Shown here one piece after another: positions 28,401 to 38,128 of a stretch of DNA of 64,000 nt. The position numbers were made by a program, and so were the translations under genes. This DNA is from an uncultured Chloroflexia bacterium. GTDB lineage: Bacteria; Chloroflexota; UBA5177. The notes beneath the pieces were generated by a model, which was given only the letters and a program-made list of their open reading frames with translations, was not told where the DNA came from and did not search any database. The DNA is taken from assembly GCA_963737125.1 (NCBI GenBank), contig CAVTRL010000006.1, positions 64,352-128,351 of the forward strand, given 5' to 3'. The first letter of the stretch is position 1, and each line of letters opens with the position of its first letter.

Positions 28401-29310
28401 GCGAAGTCCCTCCCAGTAACTGCAGGAAACGGTCTTCCAGCGACTGCCGTCGCGGCTCGACCGCGTAAATACGAGCTCCCGCGGCCACGAGGTCTGAAAC
28501 AAGACGAGGCACATCTTCGGGAGCGATACCGCGAACCGTGTACCACTCCTGTTCGATCTCGACTGTGCCGGCGCGTTGAAGCAGTGCCTGTCCTTCCGGT
28601 CCCAGGCCGCCGAGCCGGAGTCTGATGGCGTGCTGGCCTCCTCGCAACTCATCGATCGTACCGGAGGCGATAACCCGCCCCTTGTCGATTACGGCGACTC
28701 TGTCACTTACCTGCTCGACTTCCGTCAGCAGGTGCGAGTTGAGGAAAACCGACGTACCACGGTGCTTTAGCGATCGAATTATCTCGCGCACGTCGTGACG
28801 CCCGACCGGATCAAGGGCCGAGGTGGGCTCGTCAAGGAAGACGAGCTGCGGTGTGCCGAGCAGCGCGACGCCCAGACCCAGCCGCTGTTGCATCCCCTTT
28901 GAAAACGTTCCAACCCGGTCATCCATTCGATCCTTCAATCCGACCATCTCCAGGGCGTCGTCGATGTGGTTCGGTCGCTGCAACTTCGGTAGTCCCAGGA
29001 GCTCGCAGTGCAACGCGAGGACCTCTCGGGCCGACATCCAGTCTTGATACCGGAAAAGCTCGGGAAGATAACCGATGCGTCGCCGTGTTTCGCGATCCCC
29101 CGCGACTTCGCCGAGCACCCATGCATCTCCAGAAGTAGGGTGCGAGAGCCCAACCAACAGCTTGACCGCGGTAGTTTTACCGGCGCCGTTTGGCCCAAGG
29201 AATCCACAAACCTCTCCCCGGGGCACCGACATGGTCAAGCTGTCCAGCGCCACAATCGACCCAAAGTGTTTACTCAGTCCGACGGTGTGTATGGCGGGTG
29301 ACGCGGGCAT
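28363..29310 (-). CDS. ABC transporter ATP-binding protein (ABC-2 exporter partner)
   Basis: Walker A GPNGAGKTT, signature and Walker B FLDEPTSALD. Start is taken at MPASPAIHTVG (ATG 29310). Confidence 0.85.
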   Translation of the reverse strand: MPASPAIHTVGLSKHFGSIVALDSLTMSVPRGEVCGFLGPNGAGKTTAVKLLVGLSHPTSGDAWVLGEVAGDRETRRRIGYLPELFRYQDWMSAREVLALHCELLGLPKLQRPNHIDDALEMVGLKDRMDDRVGTFSKGMQQRLGLGVALLGTPQLVFLDEPTSALDPVGRHDVREIIRSLKHRGTSVFLNSHLLTEVEQVSDRVAVIDKGRVIASGTIDELRGGQHAIRLRLGGLGPEGQALLQRAGTVEIEQEWYTVRGIAPEDVPRLVSDLVAAGARIYAVEPRRQSLEDRFLQLLGGTSHADSDHRSPHTA

Positions 29311-29402
29311 CGAATCGACGGACTCCGGACGAGTGTCACCTGACTTCGTGGCAGACGCGCTTTCGCTCCCGTGTACCGCCTCTGCGCCCCACGATCTGCC
29401 CA

Positions 29403-30503
29403 TCAGTGCAGTCCGTTGGCGATTGACTCGACCTGGCTCACCGGCAGAGGGCCGCCGACCGCGTAAATGATACCGTCCTTCTCCCATACGACGAGACTGC
29501 CCACGCCGGTTTGGTCTCCCATCTCCTCGCCTTTCACTCCCTGAATTTGCACGGAAGACGCGTGCACAAAGGCGGTTGGAATCGGTATGGGAAGAGCGGA
29601 TGTCGGATCACCCAGGGAACGCAGCTCCGTTGCCAGCTGAGGAGATACGCCCGGCAGCGCAAACACGTAGTCTTCGATCTCGGTCAGCGTCGCGCGGGAG
29701 GACGTCAGACGCGGCGCGACCGTCTGCCCGATGACGAGAGGTGGGATCGTCGAGCACTTGACGGTACAGCCGCCATACATCGTGACCACGGCCGCCCCAA
29801 CTGTAAGGTTGGTGACACTGCCGTTCAAGCGAGCCGGCATGGGAGGCAGGGTCTTCCCGTGTGATTCGGCCCAGGCAGATGCTTTGGATGCGCTGAACGT
29901 AAACGATGCAGTCGCCCCCGGTGAGACCGAGTAGGAAACCGATGTGGGCACTCCAGCAGGAAGGCTCGCGGGTGTGAGCACGTCCATCCCGGAGAGGTCT
30001 GCGGCGCGCTGAGCCGTTGACACCGTTTGATTTGCCACCTGCGGCGGCAAATGAAGTGAACCATAGTTCTGCAATTGCGCGAGCGAACGGACATCGAGCG
30101 ACGTTAACGGAATGGCAGTTACGGCACTTGGCTGAAAGATGGTGACAAAGCTCTGGGCCAGCGATCCGGCGGGGGTAAACGTCACAACGCTAAACGCCGC
30201 CAGAACGGCTGCCACTCCTCCGACCTTTCTCCCCGTGCCCGGCCGTGGCCGCCGCGCGGGCAGCCACCGGCGACGTGCCGGTACCGGCGGCATCTGCCGT
30301 TTGAAACGCTCCCGGGCCGCGCTCGAATGGACCACGAGAGGCGGTGATGCCAGAACCCCTTGCACCACGCGGGAGTCGGCCACCGTGGCCGCCAGTTTTA
30401 CCTGGCACTTCTCGCATGACGCCAGATGAGCTCGCTGTGAATCGGCAATTGCAAACGGCTCGTCAATAGATCGCCGCAGAACTCCATCGTTAAGATGTCT
30501 CAT
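29403..30503 (-). CDS. Membrane anti-sigma factor (zinc-finger anti-sigma domain + extracytoplasmic domain)
   Basis: N-terminal HLASCEKCQ (HxxxCxxC), a single TM (VGGVAAVLAAFSVV) and a C-terminal extracytoplasmic domain. The gene overlaps the 3' end of the upstream ECF sigma gene. Confidence 0.6.
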   Translation of the reverse strand: MRHLNDGVLRRSIDEPFAIADSQRAHLASCEKCQVKLAATVADSRVVQGVLASPPLVVHSSAARERFKRQMPPVPARRRWLPARRPRPGTGRKVGGVAAVLAAFSVVTFTPAGSLAQSFVTIFQPSAVTAIPLTSLDVRSLAQLQNYGSLHLPPQVANQTVSTAQRAADLSGMDVLTPASLPAGVPTSVSYSVSPGATASFTFSASKASAWAESHGKTLPPMPARLNGSVTNLTVGAAVVTMYGGCTVKCSTIPPLVIGQTVAPRLTSSRATLTEIEDYVFALPGVSPQLATELRSLGDPTSALPIPIPTAFVHASSVQIQGVKGEEMGDQTGVGSLVVWEKDGIIYAVGGPLPVSQVESIANGLH

Positions 30504-31038
30504 CAGTTAACTCCTTTCGCAGGGCGGCTTCCGCCCGCCGCAACAATGTGCCCACCTGTCCAACGTTTACGTCGAGTGCCGCCGCCACTTCCCCATAGCT
30601 GAGACCGCTGTAGCGCAAGGCCAACACCATCGCGCCCTTCTTTGGCAGACGCCTCAGTGCGTTCCGAATCTCTTCCCGGCGCTCGGCCTCTTCAAGCGCC
30701 GTTTGTGGATCGAGCTCATGCCCACTCGATACAACCGCGCGGCTGCGATCTTCGGCTTCTCGCGTCTCTCGATACAATCGGCGCTTCCTGCCACGAATAT
30801 TGTTCAGGGCAGCGTGCGCGGCCGCGCGGTAGAGCCACGGAGCTGCCCACGGAACATCGGCGCTGTAGCGCCGGTAGAACTGACAGAACACGTCCTGAGC
30901 AGTATCCTCAGCCTCGGCGGCATCTGCCAGGACCCGATACGCAATGCCGACGACTTTCTGGTACTCGGCCGCAAAGAGCCGATCGAAGGCTGCATCCGAG
31001 TCACGTGGTATCACCCAGTCGCTCGCAATCGTTCCCAT
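30490..31038 (-). CDS. ECF (sigma-70 family, group IV) RNA polymerase sigma factor
   Basis: Region 2 ...FDRLFAAEYQKVVGIAYRVL..EDTAQDVF and region 4 HTH LSYGEVAAALDVNVGQVGTLLRRA. Confidence 0.85.
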   Translation of the reverse strand: MGTIASDWVIPRDSDAAFDRLFAAEYQKVVGIAYRVLADAAEAEDTAQDVFCQFYRRYSADVPWAAPWLYRAAAHAALNNIRGRKRRLYRETREAEDRSRAVVSSGHELDPQTALEEAERREEIRNALRRLPKKGAMVLALRYSGLSYGEVAAALDVNVGQVGTLLRRAEAALRKELTDETS

Positions 31039-31200
31039 CGAGTTGAAGCCCCCTTTCGACTTCTAGATTGATAGCACCACTCACCGCCGAAATGTGACAC
31101 GCCGAGCGACCGGTTACATGGGGGCACGAACCGCGTTAAAAAAGACGAAGCGCCCGATCCACGTCTGTGAACCGGGCGCACGAGAACTCTGCCTCCACAC

Positions 31201-31860
31201 TTACGGCGTGAGGGCAGGCTCACCGGACTTGGCGGGGATTTCGACTGGAGCGCTCTGGTGCGGCTCGAGCAATTCGTCGACCAATCCATAGTCTTTCGCT
31301 TCCAGGGCTGTGAAGAATCGGTCGCGCGAGAAATCTTGCACGATCTGCTCGTACGTTTGATGGGTGTATTCCGCCATGATGCGATTTCCGCGTTCCTGCA
31401 AATCGAGCAAGTGCCGCACGTGAATCTCAATGTCCGGCGCGTACCCACCCAGACCGTAGCCGCCGGCGGGATGGAAATGTACGGTCGCATTGGGTAAGGC
31501 AAATCTCTTCCCCTGCGTCCCCGACGCGAGGAGAAAGGTTGCCATGCTGCCGGTCATGCCCATCGCGATCGTGGCGACATCGGGGCCAATGTTTTTCATG
31601 GTGTCGTGAATGGCCAACCCGGCCGTAATCGAGCCGCCGCCGCTGGCGATGTACATGTAGATATCCCGTTCCGGATCTTCGGATTGCAGGAACAACAGCT
31701 GCGCAACGACAAGTCCGGCCAGCGTGTCGTCGATCGGCACGTTGATGAAGATAATCCGATCTCGCAAGAGACGGGAGTAAATGTCGAAACCGCGTTCTCC
31801 GCGATTAGTGTTTTCGATAACGGTCGGGATCATGTGAGCTCTGGGGCGCTGGTCGTCCAT
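31201..31860 (-). CDS. clpP: ATP-dependent Clp protease proteolytic subunit ClpP
   Basis: RIIFINVPIDDTLAGLVVAQLLFL....IASGGGSITAGLAIHDTM...MGMTGSMATFLL carries the catalytic Ser/His/Asp context. Start at ATG 31860 with an AAGGGAG RBS. Confidence 0.9.
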   Translation of the reverse strand: MDDQRPRAHMIPTVIENTNRGERGFDIYSRLLRDRIIFINVPIDDTLAGLVVAQLLFLQSEDPERDIYMYIASGGGSITAGLAIHDTMKNIGPDVATIAMGMTGSMATFLLASGTQGKRFALPNATVHFHPAGGYGLGGYAPDIEIHVRHLLDLQERGNRIMAEYTHQTYEQIVQDFSRDRFFTALEAKDYGLVDELLEPHQSAPVEIPAKSGEPALTP

Positions 31861-32082
31861 TGGTGACTCCCTTTCTGAATACCCCCAGTATCGCAGGTAG
31901 CAACGTATCGTCCAGCATGAACGGCCGCGAAACGCCGCGGTCAGGCAAAGCAATCAGTACCTGACAAAAGTCCCCACTCAAAAAGGTCCGCGGCCCGTAC
32001 CCAGTGACAGGGGGCTCTGGTTGAATAGAGTCATCCACGGAAGCAAACAAAAAGTCCGAACATCCTGAGGAGGACGGAGCTT

Positions 32083-32295
32083 ATGACAGCATTTCTCGTT
32101 GAGAAGCAGATGAAACTACAGGCAATCCTCGAAACCCTGACGGCTCGATTGGAAAGGGAAGAAGGCCAGGACATGATTGAGTATGCGTTACTCGCAGCGC
32201 TCATCTCGATCGTCGCAATCGCGGTCATCCTGTTGCTCGGGCCCTATATCAAGAACCTGTTCCAGGACGTCGTCAGCGCTCTCGGTACTTCGTAA
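32083..32295 (+). CDS. Flp/Fap family type IVb pilin precursor
   Basis: ...REEGQDMIEYALLAALISIVAIAVI is the Flp prepilin motif (G/XXXXEY + hydrophobic helix). The product is 60-70 aa. Confidence 0.7.
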   Translation: MTAFLVEKQMKLQAILETLTARLEREEGQDMIEYALLAALISIVAIAVILLLGPYIKNLFQDVVSALGTS

Positions 32296-32314
32296 CAGTA
32301 GCTCGTCAAGTGGG

Positions 32315-32347
32315 GAAGGGCGCCTTCGGGCGCCCTTTTTGTATTTT
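32315..32347 (+). terminator. Rho-independent terminator after flp
   Basis: Stem AAGGGCGCC-TTCG-GGCGCCCTT followed by TTTTTGTATTTT. Confidence 0.7.
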
Positions 32348-32411
32348 CCAGCGGCCTCCGGGAAACGGTCGCTCTTCGACCTCGTTCGGGCGCCTCTGCC
32401 CGATAGACGTT

Positions 32412-32876
32412 TCAATCCAACGGTGGTGCTTCCACTACCACGTAGGACGACGTGATAGTCGCCGCCTTGCTCAGCATGCGATGAGCGGGGCAATAGCTTT
32501 CCTCCGATAGCGCAATGGCCCGCTCCACCGCTTCGGTCACTACCCCTCTGCCGGTCACCACGTGGCGGATAGCGATGGCCGTGTAGACGCGAGGAATTTC
32601 TGGCGCCATCGTGCCTGTTACCTCAACGCGATACGAGGTAATATCCTGTCGCTTCTTGCGCAAGATGGTGATGACATCCATGCCGGTGCAACTTCCCAGC
32701 GCAACCAGCATGAGTCCCATGGGACTCATGCCCTGCCCGTTCCCACCGAACTGCGGTGAGCTGTCAACGGAAACCGAAACCCCTTCTTCTCCGGTGGCAA
32801 CGAACTGCATAGCCTGCACCAACGAAATTTCGACCGTACGGGTCGGGATCTCCGACATGTTGGCCCTCCTTGTCAC
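32412..32876 (-). CDS. OsmC/Ohr-family peroxiredoxin-like protein
   Basis: ...GMSPMGLMLVALGSCTGMDV...EESYCPAHRML carries the two conserved Cys of the OsmC fold. Confidence 0.8.
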   Translation of the reverse strand: MTRRANMSEIPTRTVEISLVQAMQFVATGEEGVSVSVDSSPQFGGNGQGMSPMGLMLVALGSCTGMDVITILRKKRQDITSYRVEVTGTMAPEIPRVYTAIAIRHVVTGRGVVTEAVERAIALSEESYCPAHRMLSKAATITSSYVVVEAPPLD

Positions 32877-33228
32877 GTTCCATTCAGACGTCGATCGTCC
32901 ACCCGAGAGTAACGCTACAATCTGCGGTGTACATGGTCCTGTTGGTCGTGGTCGACGCCGTCATTTTTGTCCTTCTTACCCACGTAAGCGGTCCGCTTGC
33001 CATATTGTTTCTGATCGCGGCCGTAGTAACAGTGCCGGCGCTCGTCCTCCATCGGCGCGAGGCCGCCGCAAGCATAGACCTAAGCCCGGACAGCGAGTCG
33101 AGCGCGCGGGGCTGGCTACACCTTTTCGGCGACCTGGGACTCGACCTGACAGGAGTAATCCTGGCGGTCCTCATCATTGTCGCCGCCGTATTACTTCTCA
33201 GATCCCTGAACGCTGCGAGTTTGCACGG

Positions 33229-35217
33229 CTAGCCGACATGGATTGCCGGACGTCTCTTCGGGTTACGCTCGGCCTTCCGCAATACTTCGTGGGTAAGAGG
33301 TGCGATATCCCCCTCGCCGAAGAGGATGTAGTAGGCGAGGTGTTTCAGTGGATTTCCTTCGGACCATCCAAAGTACACGTGAGGACGCTTGTGAGTCTCA
33401 TCACGAATTTTCAGCGCGATTGCGGCGATGGCGTTTGGGACGGCGGAGCTCGCTGCCCGAAGTACCCGGAAATCGTCAATCTCGAAGCCCGACACGTGCA
33501 GTACCTCGACAAAATCTGACGCGTCACTCACGGTAACTTCGAGGAAAAGTACCGTATCGCCCACCGGGATGTGATTGTCTTCGCGCTGCTCGCGCTCCTT
33601 GAGCAAATACTCACGTGCGTTGCGCTCGTCCGGATGGTTCGCTATGATGCGGATCGCCCCGGCACCGGCCTCCTTGATGAATGCCAGCGCGGTTTCGTCG
33701 AATTCCACGCGCGAAACACGGAGCTCGGTCGATCGAAATATCCGTGAAATCAGCGAAGTTACCAGGATCGCGACGATAAAAAAGCCGGCGATCTGGATGC
33801 CGGTTGGTTCCCCGATGATGGTATTGCCGAAGGTGTACAGAAATATGCACGAGACAATCGTAAATCCGAACTGCGCTCGCCGTTGGCGCTTGCGGCGAAC
33901 GTAGAGCGTGACGGCAATCGTGGCCGAGGTCATGATGCCAAGAACTCCCGTGGCGTACGCTCCGGCCTGGGCATCGACGCTTGCGTTGAAAATGAACGTC
34001 ACCAGAATGCAGATGGCCGTGACCAGTATGGTGAGTGGTCGAGAGGCGCGTGTCCAATCCGGCGCCATTCCATACCGGGGCAGATAGCGCGGGACGATAT
34101 TCAGCAGTCCGGCCATGGCGGAGGCTCCGGCGAACCACAGAATGCAAATAGTGCTGATGTCGTAGAGCGTACCGAAGCCATTTCCGAGATCCGCGTGCGC
34201 CAGAAAGGCCAGCGCTCGCCCACTGGCCGGCCCGCCGTTCTGGAAATCACGCGCCGGAATCAAGAGAGTTGTAACAAAGCTGCTGGTAAATAGGAAGAAA
34301 CTCATGATGGTCGCGGCGGTCGTGAGCAGTTTCTTCCCGTTTCGAATTCTTCCTTCCGGGTGGGCCGGATCGTCGTTAGGATCTCCCTTGATGAGGGGCA
34401 TCACCAGCACACCCGTTTCGAAGCCGGACAGCCCGAGCGCAAGCCTGGGAAAGACCAGCAGCGCCGCCCCAAACAAAAACAGCGGATTGGGGTGCGCGTG
34501 CGTCACCGCCGCCCGCCAGACGTTCACGGTGTCAGGGTGGTGCACGATTCTGAGAAGGCCCTCCCCAACTACCACCAGGTTCAAAGCGAGATAGACCGCA
34601 ACCAGGACGACCGCAATGCCGATCGCTTCACTGAATCCACGTAAGAAGACCGCGCCCAGCAGGCAGATGAGGATGAGCGTCACCACCAGGTTATCGCCTC
34701 GGATCGAGCGGGCAGCGGGATTTTCGACGATGTGCGCGGCGGCGTCGGCGGCCGAGAGCGTAATCGTAATGACGAATCCGGTAGCTACGAATCCAATCAG
34801 GCAGAGCACGAAGAGTTTTCCCTGCCACCACGGAAGCAGTCGCTCGAGCATCGAAATCGACCCGTCGCCATGTGGACTGCGTTCAGCGACACGTCTGTAC
34901 ATGGGCAATGCGCCAAACAACGTAACAGCCACGAGCACCAGCGTCGCTATCGGAGATAGAACGCCAGCTGCAAGTGCTGCAATTCCCGGCGCGTAACCAA
35001 GCGAAGAGAAATAGTCGACGCCGGTCAAACACACCACACGCCACCACGCGTGTTGATGCACCGGGTTGGCTCGCTCGTACGGCCCATCGATCGATTTCGT
35101 CTGGCCCTGCAGCAGAAAGCGGGCAAGCGGACCAGATCGCTTTAGCTGGTGGCTCCCTGAGTCGAGAACGCGCACGGAGTGCAGCGGTATCGACGGCGGC
35201 CGCTCGTGTTCGCTCAT
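33229..35217 (-). CDS. APC-superfamily amino acid permease with C-terminal cytoplasmic domain
   Basis: ~12 TM helices over residues 60-480, with APC-like GxxxG motifs. A ~180-aa hydrophilic tail follows. Confidence 0.65.
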   Translation of the reverse strand: MSEHERPPSIPLHSVRVLDSGSHQLKRSGPLARFLLQGQTKSIDGPYERANPVHQHAWWRVVCLTGVDYFSSLGYAPGIAALAAGVLSPIATLVLVAVTLFGALPMYRRVAERSPHGDGSISMLERLLPWWQGKLFVLCLIGFVATGFVITITLSAADAAAHIVENPAARSIRGDNLVVTLILICLLGAVFLRGFSEAIGIAVVLVAVYLALNLVVVGEGLLRIVHHPDTVNVWRAAVTHAHPNPLFLFGAALLVFPRLALGLSGFETGVLVMPLIKGDPNDDPAHPEGRIRNGKKLLTTAATIMSFFLFTSSFVTTLLIPARDFQNGGPASGRALAFLAHADLGNGFGTLYDISTICILWFAGASAMAGLLNIVPRYLPRYGMAPDWTRASRPLTILVTAICILVTFIFNASVDAQAGAYATGVLGIMTSATIAVTLYVRRKRQRRAQFGFTIVSCIFLYTFGNTIIGEPTGIQIAGFFIVAILVTSLISRIFRSTELRVSRVEFDETALAFIKEAGAGAIRIIANHPDERNAREYLLKEREQREDNHIPVGDTVLFLEVTVSDASDFVEVLHVSGFEIDDFRVLRAASSAVPNAIAAIALKIRDETHKRPHVYFGWSEGNPLKHLAYYILFGEGDIAPLTHEVLRKAERNPKRRPAIHVG

Positions 35218-35234
35218 TCTCGAAGCTTACTCTT

Positions 35235-35897
35235 TCATCGTTTCCGAGTGGAAGGATTCTGACCGTAGGCGCACCACGCTCGCACCGGGCACATGCTGCA
35301 GACCGGCACCCCGGGACCGCAGACGGCACGCCCATGCTGTAAAAACAGTCGATTGCTACCGGCCCACAGATCGCGTGGCATGACCACCTGGAGGGCGCGC
35401 TCCGTTTCCTCCGGTGTCCTGGTATGGACCCAACCCAAACGATTGGTGATGCGGTGCATATGGATATCGACGCACAGGGCGGGTAGGTTGAATGCATAGA
35501 TCAGGACGCAATTCGCGGTCTTCCGACCCACGCCGGGCAGCGATAGAAGCTCTTCAAGCGTGTTCGGAACGAGTCCACGGTGGCGCTCGACCAGTAGGTT
35601 TGCCAGCGCGATCAGCCGCGGTGTCTTGGTTTCTCGGTACTGGCTTCCTTCCATGAGGGCGTACAACTCGCCCTCATCGGCCTGCGCTAGAGCGGTCGCA
35701 TCCGGATAACGCGCGAAAACCCGTTGCGAAACAGCGGTTGTTTGTTCCTCGCGAGTACGAGCGGATATGACGGTAGCGATCAGTACCTTATAAGGATCGC
35801 CCAACTCGACCGAACCGCGGCCGTGGTACGTGCCGGCAAGCACCTGTAGGACAGTCCGAACCGCCTCTTCCGTCACGGCGGCTTCTTGCGTCCCCAT
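35235..35897 (-). CDS. nth: Endonuclease III (HhH-GPD DNA glycosylase with [4Fe-4S] cluster)
   Basis: HhH LPGVGRKTANCVL and the Cys cluster CGPGVPVCSMCPVRAWC. Start at ATG 35897 with a GGAGGTGAGGAGG RBS. Confidence 0.85.
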   Translation of the reverse strand: MGTQEAAVTEEAVRTVLQVLAGTYHGRGSVELGDPYKVLIATVISARTREEQTTAVSQRVFARYPDATALAQADEGELYALMEGSQYRETKTPRLIALANLLVERHRGLVPNTLEELLSLPGVGRKTANCVLIYAFNLPALCVDIHMHRITNRLGWVHTRTPEETERALQVVMPRDLWAGSNRLFLQHGRAVCGPGVPVCSMCPVRAWCAYGQNPSTRKR

Positions 35898-36119
35898 TGG
35901 ATCCTCCTCACCTCCCGGCGCAGGAATGGTGCCACGCTCCTTTGTATACGGTGATGCGGCAGTGGCGCCGCATTGCGCCAACCCATGGCGATTGTTAACG
36001 ATTTTCACTGACCGCCGCGAACCAAACGTAAACCCAACGCGAGCATCGGTATGCTCGCACCGTCAGTGAACTCAGGCGCTGGAGTCAATCACCACAGGAT
36101 CCGATTCAGGAGGGACGAC

Positions 36120-36461
36120 ATGAAATGCTATCTGTTGATCGCCACGATTTGCGTGGCCACCTGCGCCGGTTACGGTGTGCACGGCAAATTTGTACAGTCG
36201 AAGGCCCGCACGACGGCCCTGATCCGTAGAGATGAACAGGACGCCGGCCTCGTCATATCCTTTGCGGTGGTCGATGTACATCTTCATCGAGGTGACTGGG
36301 AATCGGTACGACAATTCATCAGCCGAATGAGAAGTGCCGACACGAGGAACATGGCAGAGGCTCGCCAACATTTCGAAGAAGCTCTTCCCATATTCCGACG
36401 TCTCGGCGCGCGCCCGTACGTCGAACGCAACGAAGCTGCAATCGCTTCTCTGCAGGGGTAA
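36120..36461 (+). CDS. Hypothetical protein with N-terminal hydrophobic segment
   Basis: Internally consistent ORF upstream of the CysO-like gene. No family recognised. Confidence 0.3.
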   Translation: MKCYLLIATICVATCAGYGVHGKFVQSKARTTALIRRDEQDAGLVISFAVVDVHLHRGDWESVRQFISRMRSADTRNMAEARQHFEEALPIFRRLGARPYVERNEAAIASLQG

Positions 36462-36647
36462 TGCAGCGTCTGCCGGTCGCTAGTGCCGGGAGGGGACGCC
36501 CGAGGACCGAGGTCTCCCGGCTGCCGGAATTATTCTTCCTCATTTGGTCTTCAAATGAGTGGCGCTAATCGCCGCGACGTGGCACAATCAACTTCGTCCC
36601 CACCTCCCCTGTCTTGTTCCGAATCGCGGACTCCGCGGGAGGTCACC

Positions 36648-36941
36648 ATGCACGAGGCACGGATGGCGGAAGCCACCGTTCGCATTCCAGTTGCGTTACG
36701 CGGTCGCACTCGAAACCAGCGTGAGGTTGTGATAGCCGGTCGAACCGTACGCGAGATCATTGACGGGCTCGAACGAGAGTATCCGGGCCTCCGCTTCAAT
36801 CTCTGCTTTGAAACCGGCGAGCTTCGTCCATTTGTGAATGTTTTTCTGGGACAGGAGAACGTGCGCGTTCTCGACGGTCTGGATACCGAGATCCCGGCCG
36901 GATCGACCGTCCACATCATCCATTCAGTCGCCGGCGGGTAA
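36648..36941 (+). CDS. ThiS/MoaD-family sulfur-carrier protein, CysO-like (C-terminal Gly-Gly)
   Basis: ATVRIPVALRGRTRNQREV..AGRTVREIIDGLEREYPGL....FVNVFLGQENVRVLDGLDTEIPAGSTVHIIHSVAGG aligns almost end-to-end with mycobacterial CysO (VTVSIPTILRPHTGGQ...FVNIYVNDEDVRF..GL.T.I.DGDSVTILPAVAGG). GGGAGG RBS before the ATG at 36648. Confidence 0.75.
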   Translation: MHEARMAEATVRIPVALRGRTRNQREVVIAGRTVREIIDGLEREYPGLRFNLCFETGELRPFVNVFLGQENVRVLDGLDTEIPAGSTVHIIHSVAGG

Positions 36942-36973
36942 GTTGCACCATCAAACTCAGGAGGTCGCGGGAC

Positions 36974-38107
36974 ATGGCTATAGCTGACGTTGGAGAATCA
37001 CGGGATCAGGATGTCGCTCCTTCTACTGGAACGATTGTGCTGTTGGTCGGTACCAAGCGCGGCCTGTTTATGCTGACCTCGAAGGATCGCGAGAACTGGG
37101 AAGTCGTACGGCACAGCCTGTACGGCACGCGGGTCTTCAACGCGGTGCTCGATCAACGCGCCGGACAACGAATTTTTGCTACCGATAACGGGGATTTTTT
37201 CGGCACGTTTCTCAAGTACAGCGATGACTTCGGGGCCACCTGGCAGGAACCCAGGCAGGGCATCCAGTTTCCCGAAGAAACCGGCCGCAAATTGGTCAAT
37301 ATCTGGATCATTCAGCCCGCCGGACCCGACAACCCGGATCTGCTGTATGCCGGCGTCGACCCCGCAAGCCTGTGGAAGAGTACCGATCGGGGCGAGACCT
37401 GGTCGATGGTGCGAGGGCTGGAAGAACATTCCACTCGCGACCAATGGGGCCCGGGCGCGGGCGGATTGTGCCTCCATTCAATCGTCCCTGACTATTCAGA
37501 TCCCAATCGCATGTGGATCGGCATCTCAGCCGTGGGCTGCATGAGAACGGTCGATGGCGGCGAGACCTGGACCCATAACAACAAGAATACGCGGAACGAT
37601 TTCCTGCCGGACAAGTATCCGGAGTTCGGACAGTGTATTCACCGCTTGATCCAGCATCCAACGAAGCCCGATACTCTCTACCAGCAGAACCACTGCGGCG
37701 TCTACATGAGCGTGAACGGCGCCGACGACTGGCAGGACATTCAAACGAATCTTCCTTCGTCGTTTGGCTTCCCAATTGCACTCGACAGCAACCGCCCCGA
37801 AACGCTCTTCACGATTGCTGAAGAAGGGATGGGGCGCAGCAATTTCGAAGGCTACTTCACCGTGTATCGCACCCAAAATCCGGGGGATGATTGGGAAGAG
37901 ACGCGGAAGGGCTTACCGGAAGGAGAGAATGTGCGACTCGGCGTGCTGCGTCACGGCATGTGCGCGGACACCATGGATCCCTGCGGCATTTACGTGGGCA
38001 CCAATACAGGACAGCTTTTCGCGTCGGCGGACGGAGGCGAGAGCTGGCGAATGATCTGCGATTTTCTACCGGCGATCTATTCGGTGAATGTGGCCTTGAT
38101 CAAGTAG
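36974..38107 (+). CDS. BNR/Asp-box repeat beta-propeller protein (sialidase-like/Ycf48-like fold)
   Basis: Four S-x-D-x-G-x-T/S-W Asp-boxes: SDDFGATW, STDRGETW, TVDGGETW, SADGGESW. It lies 33 bp downstream of the CysO-like gene. Confidence 0.7.
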   Translation: MAIADVGESRDQDVAPSTGTIVLLVGTKRGLFMLTSKDRENWEVVRHSLYGTRVFNAVLDQRAGQRIFATDNGDFFGTFLKYSDDFGATWQEPRQGIQFPEETGRKLVNIWIIQPAGPDNPDLLYAGVDPASLWKSTDRGETWSMVRGLEEHSTRDQWGPGAGGLCLHSIVPDYSDPNRMWIGISAVGCMRTVDGGETWTHNNKNTRNDFLPDKYPEFGQCIHRLIQHPTKPDTLYQQNHCGVYMSVNGADDWQDIQTNLPSSFGFPIALDSNRPETLFTIAEEGMGRSNFEGYFTVYRTQNPGDDWEETRKGLPEGENVRLGVLRHGMCADTMDPCGIYVGTNTGQLFASADGGESWRMICDFLPAIYSVNVALIK

Positions 38108-38128
38108 TACTCGCTCCGGCGGCCGATC

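Noticed and set aside
31863-31953. Long N-terminal extension of clpP in the ORF track (start 31953)
   Set aside because: The extension has no similarity to ClpP. ATG at 31860 has a good RBS and yields a standard-length ClpP.
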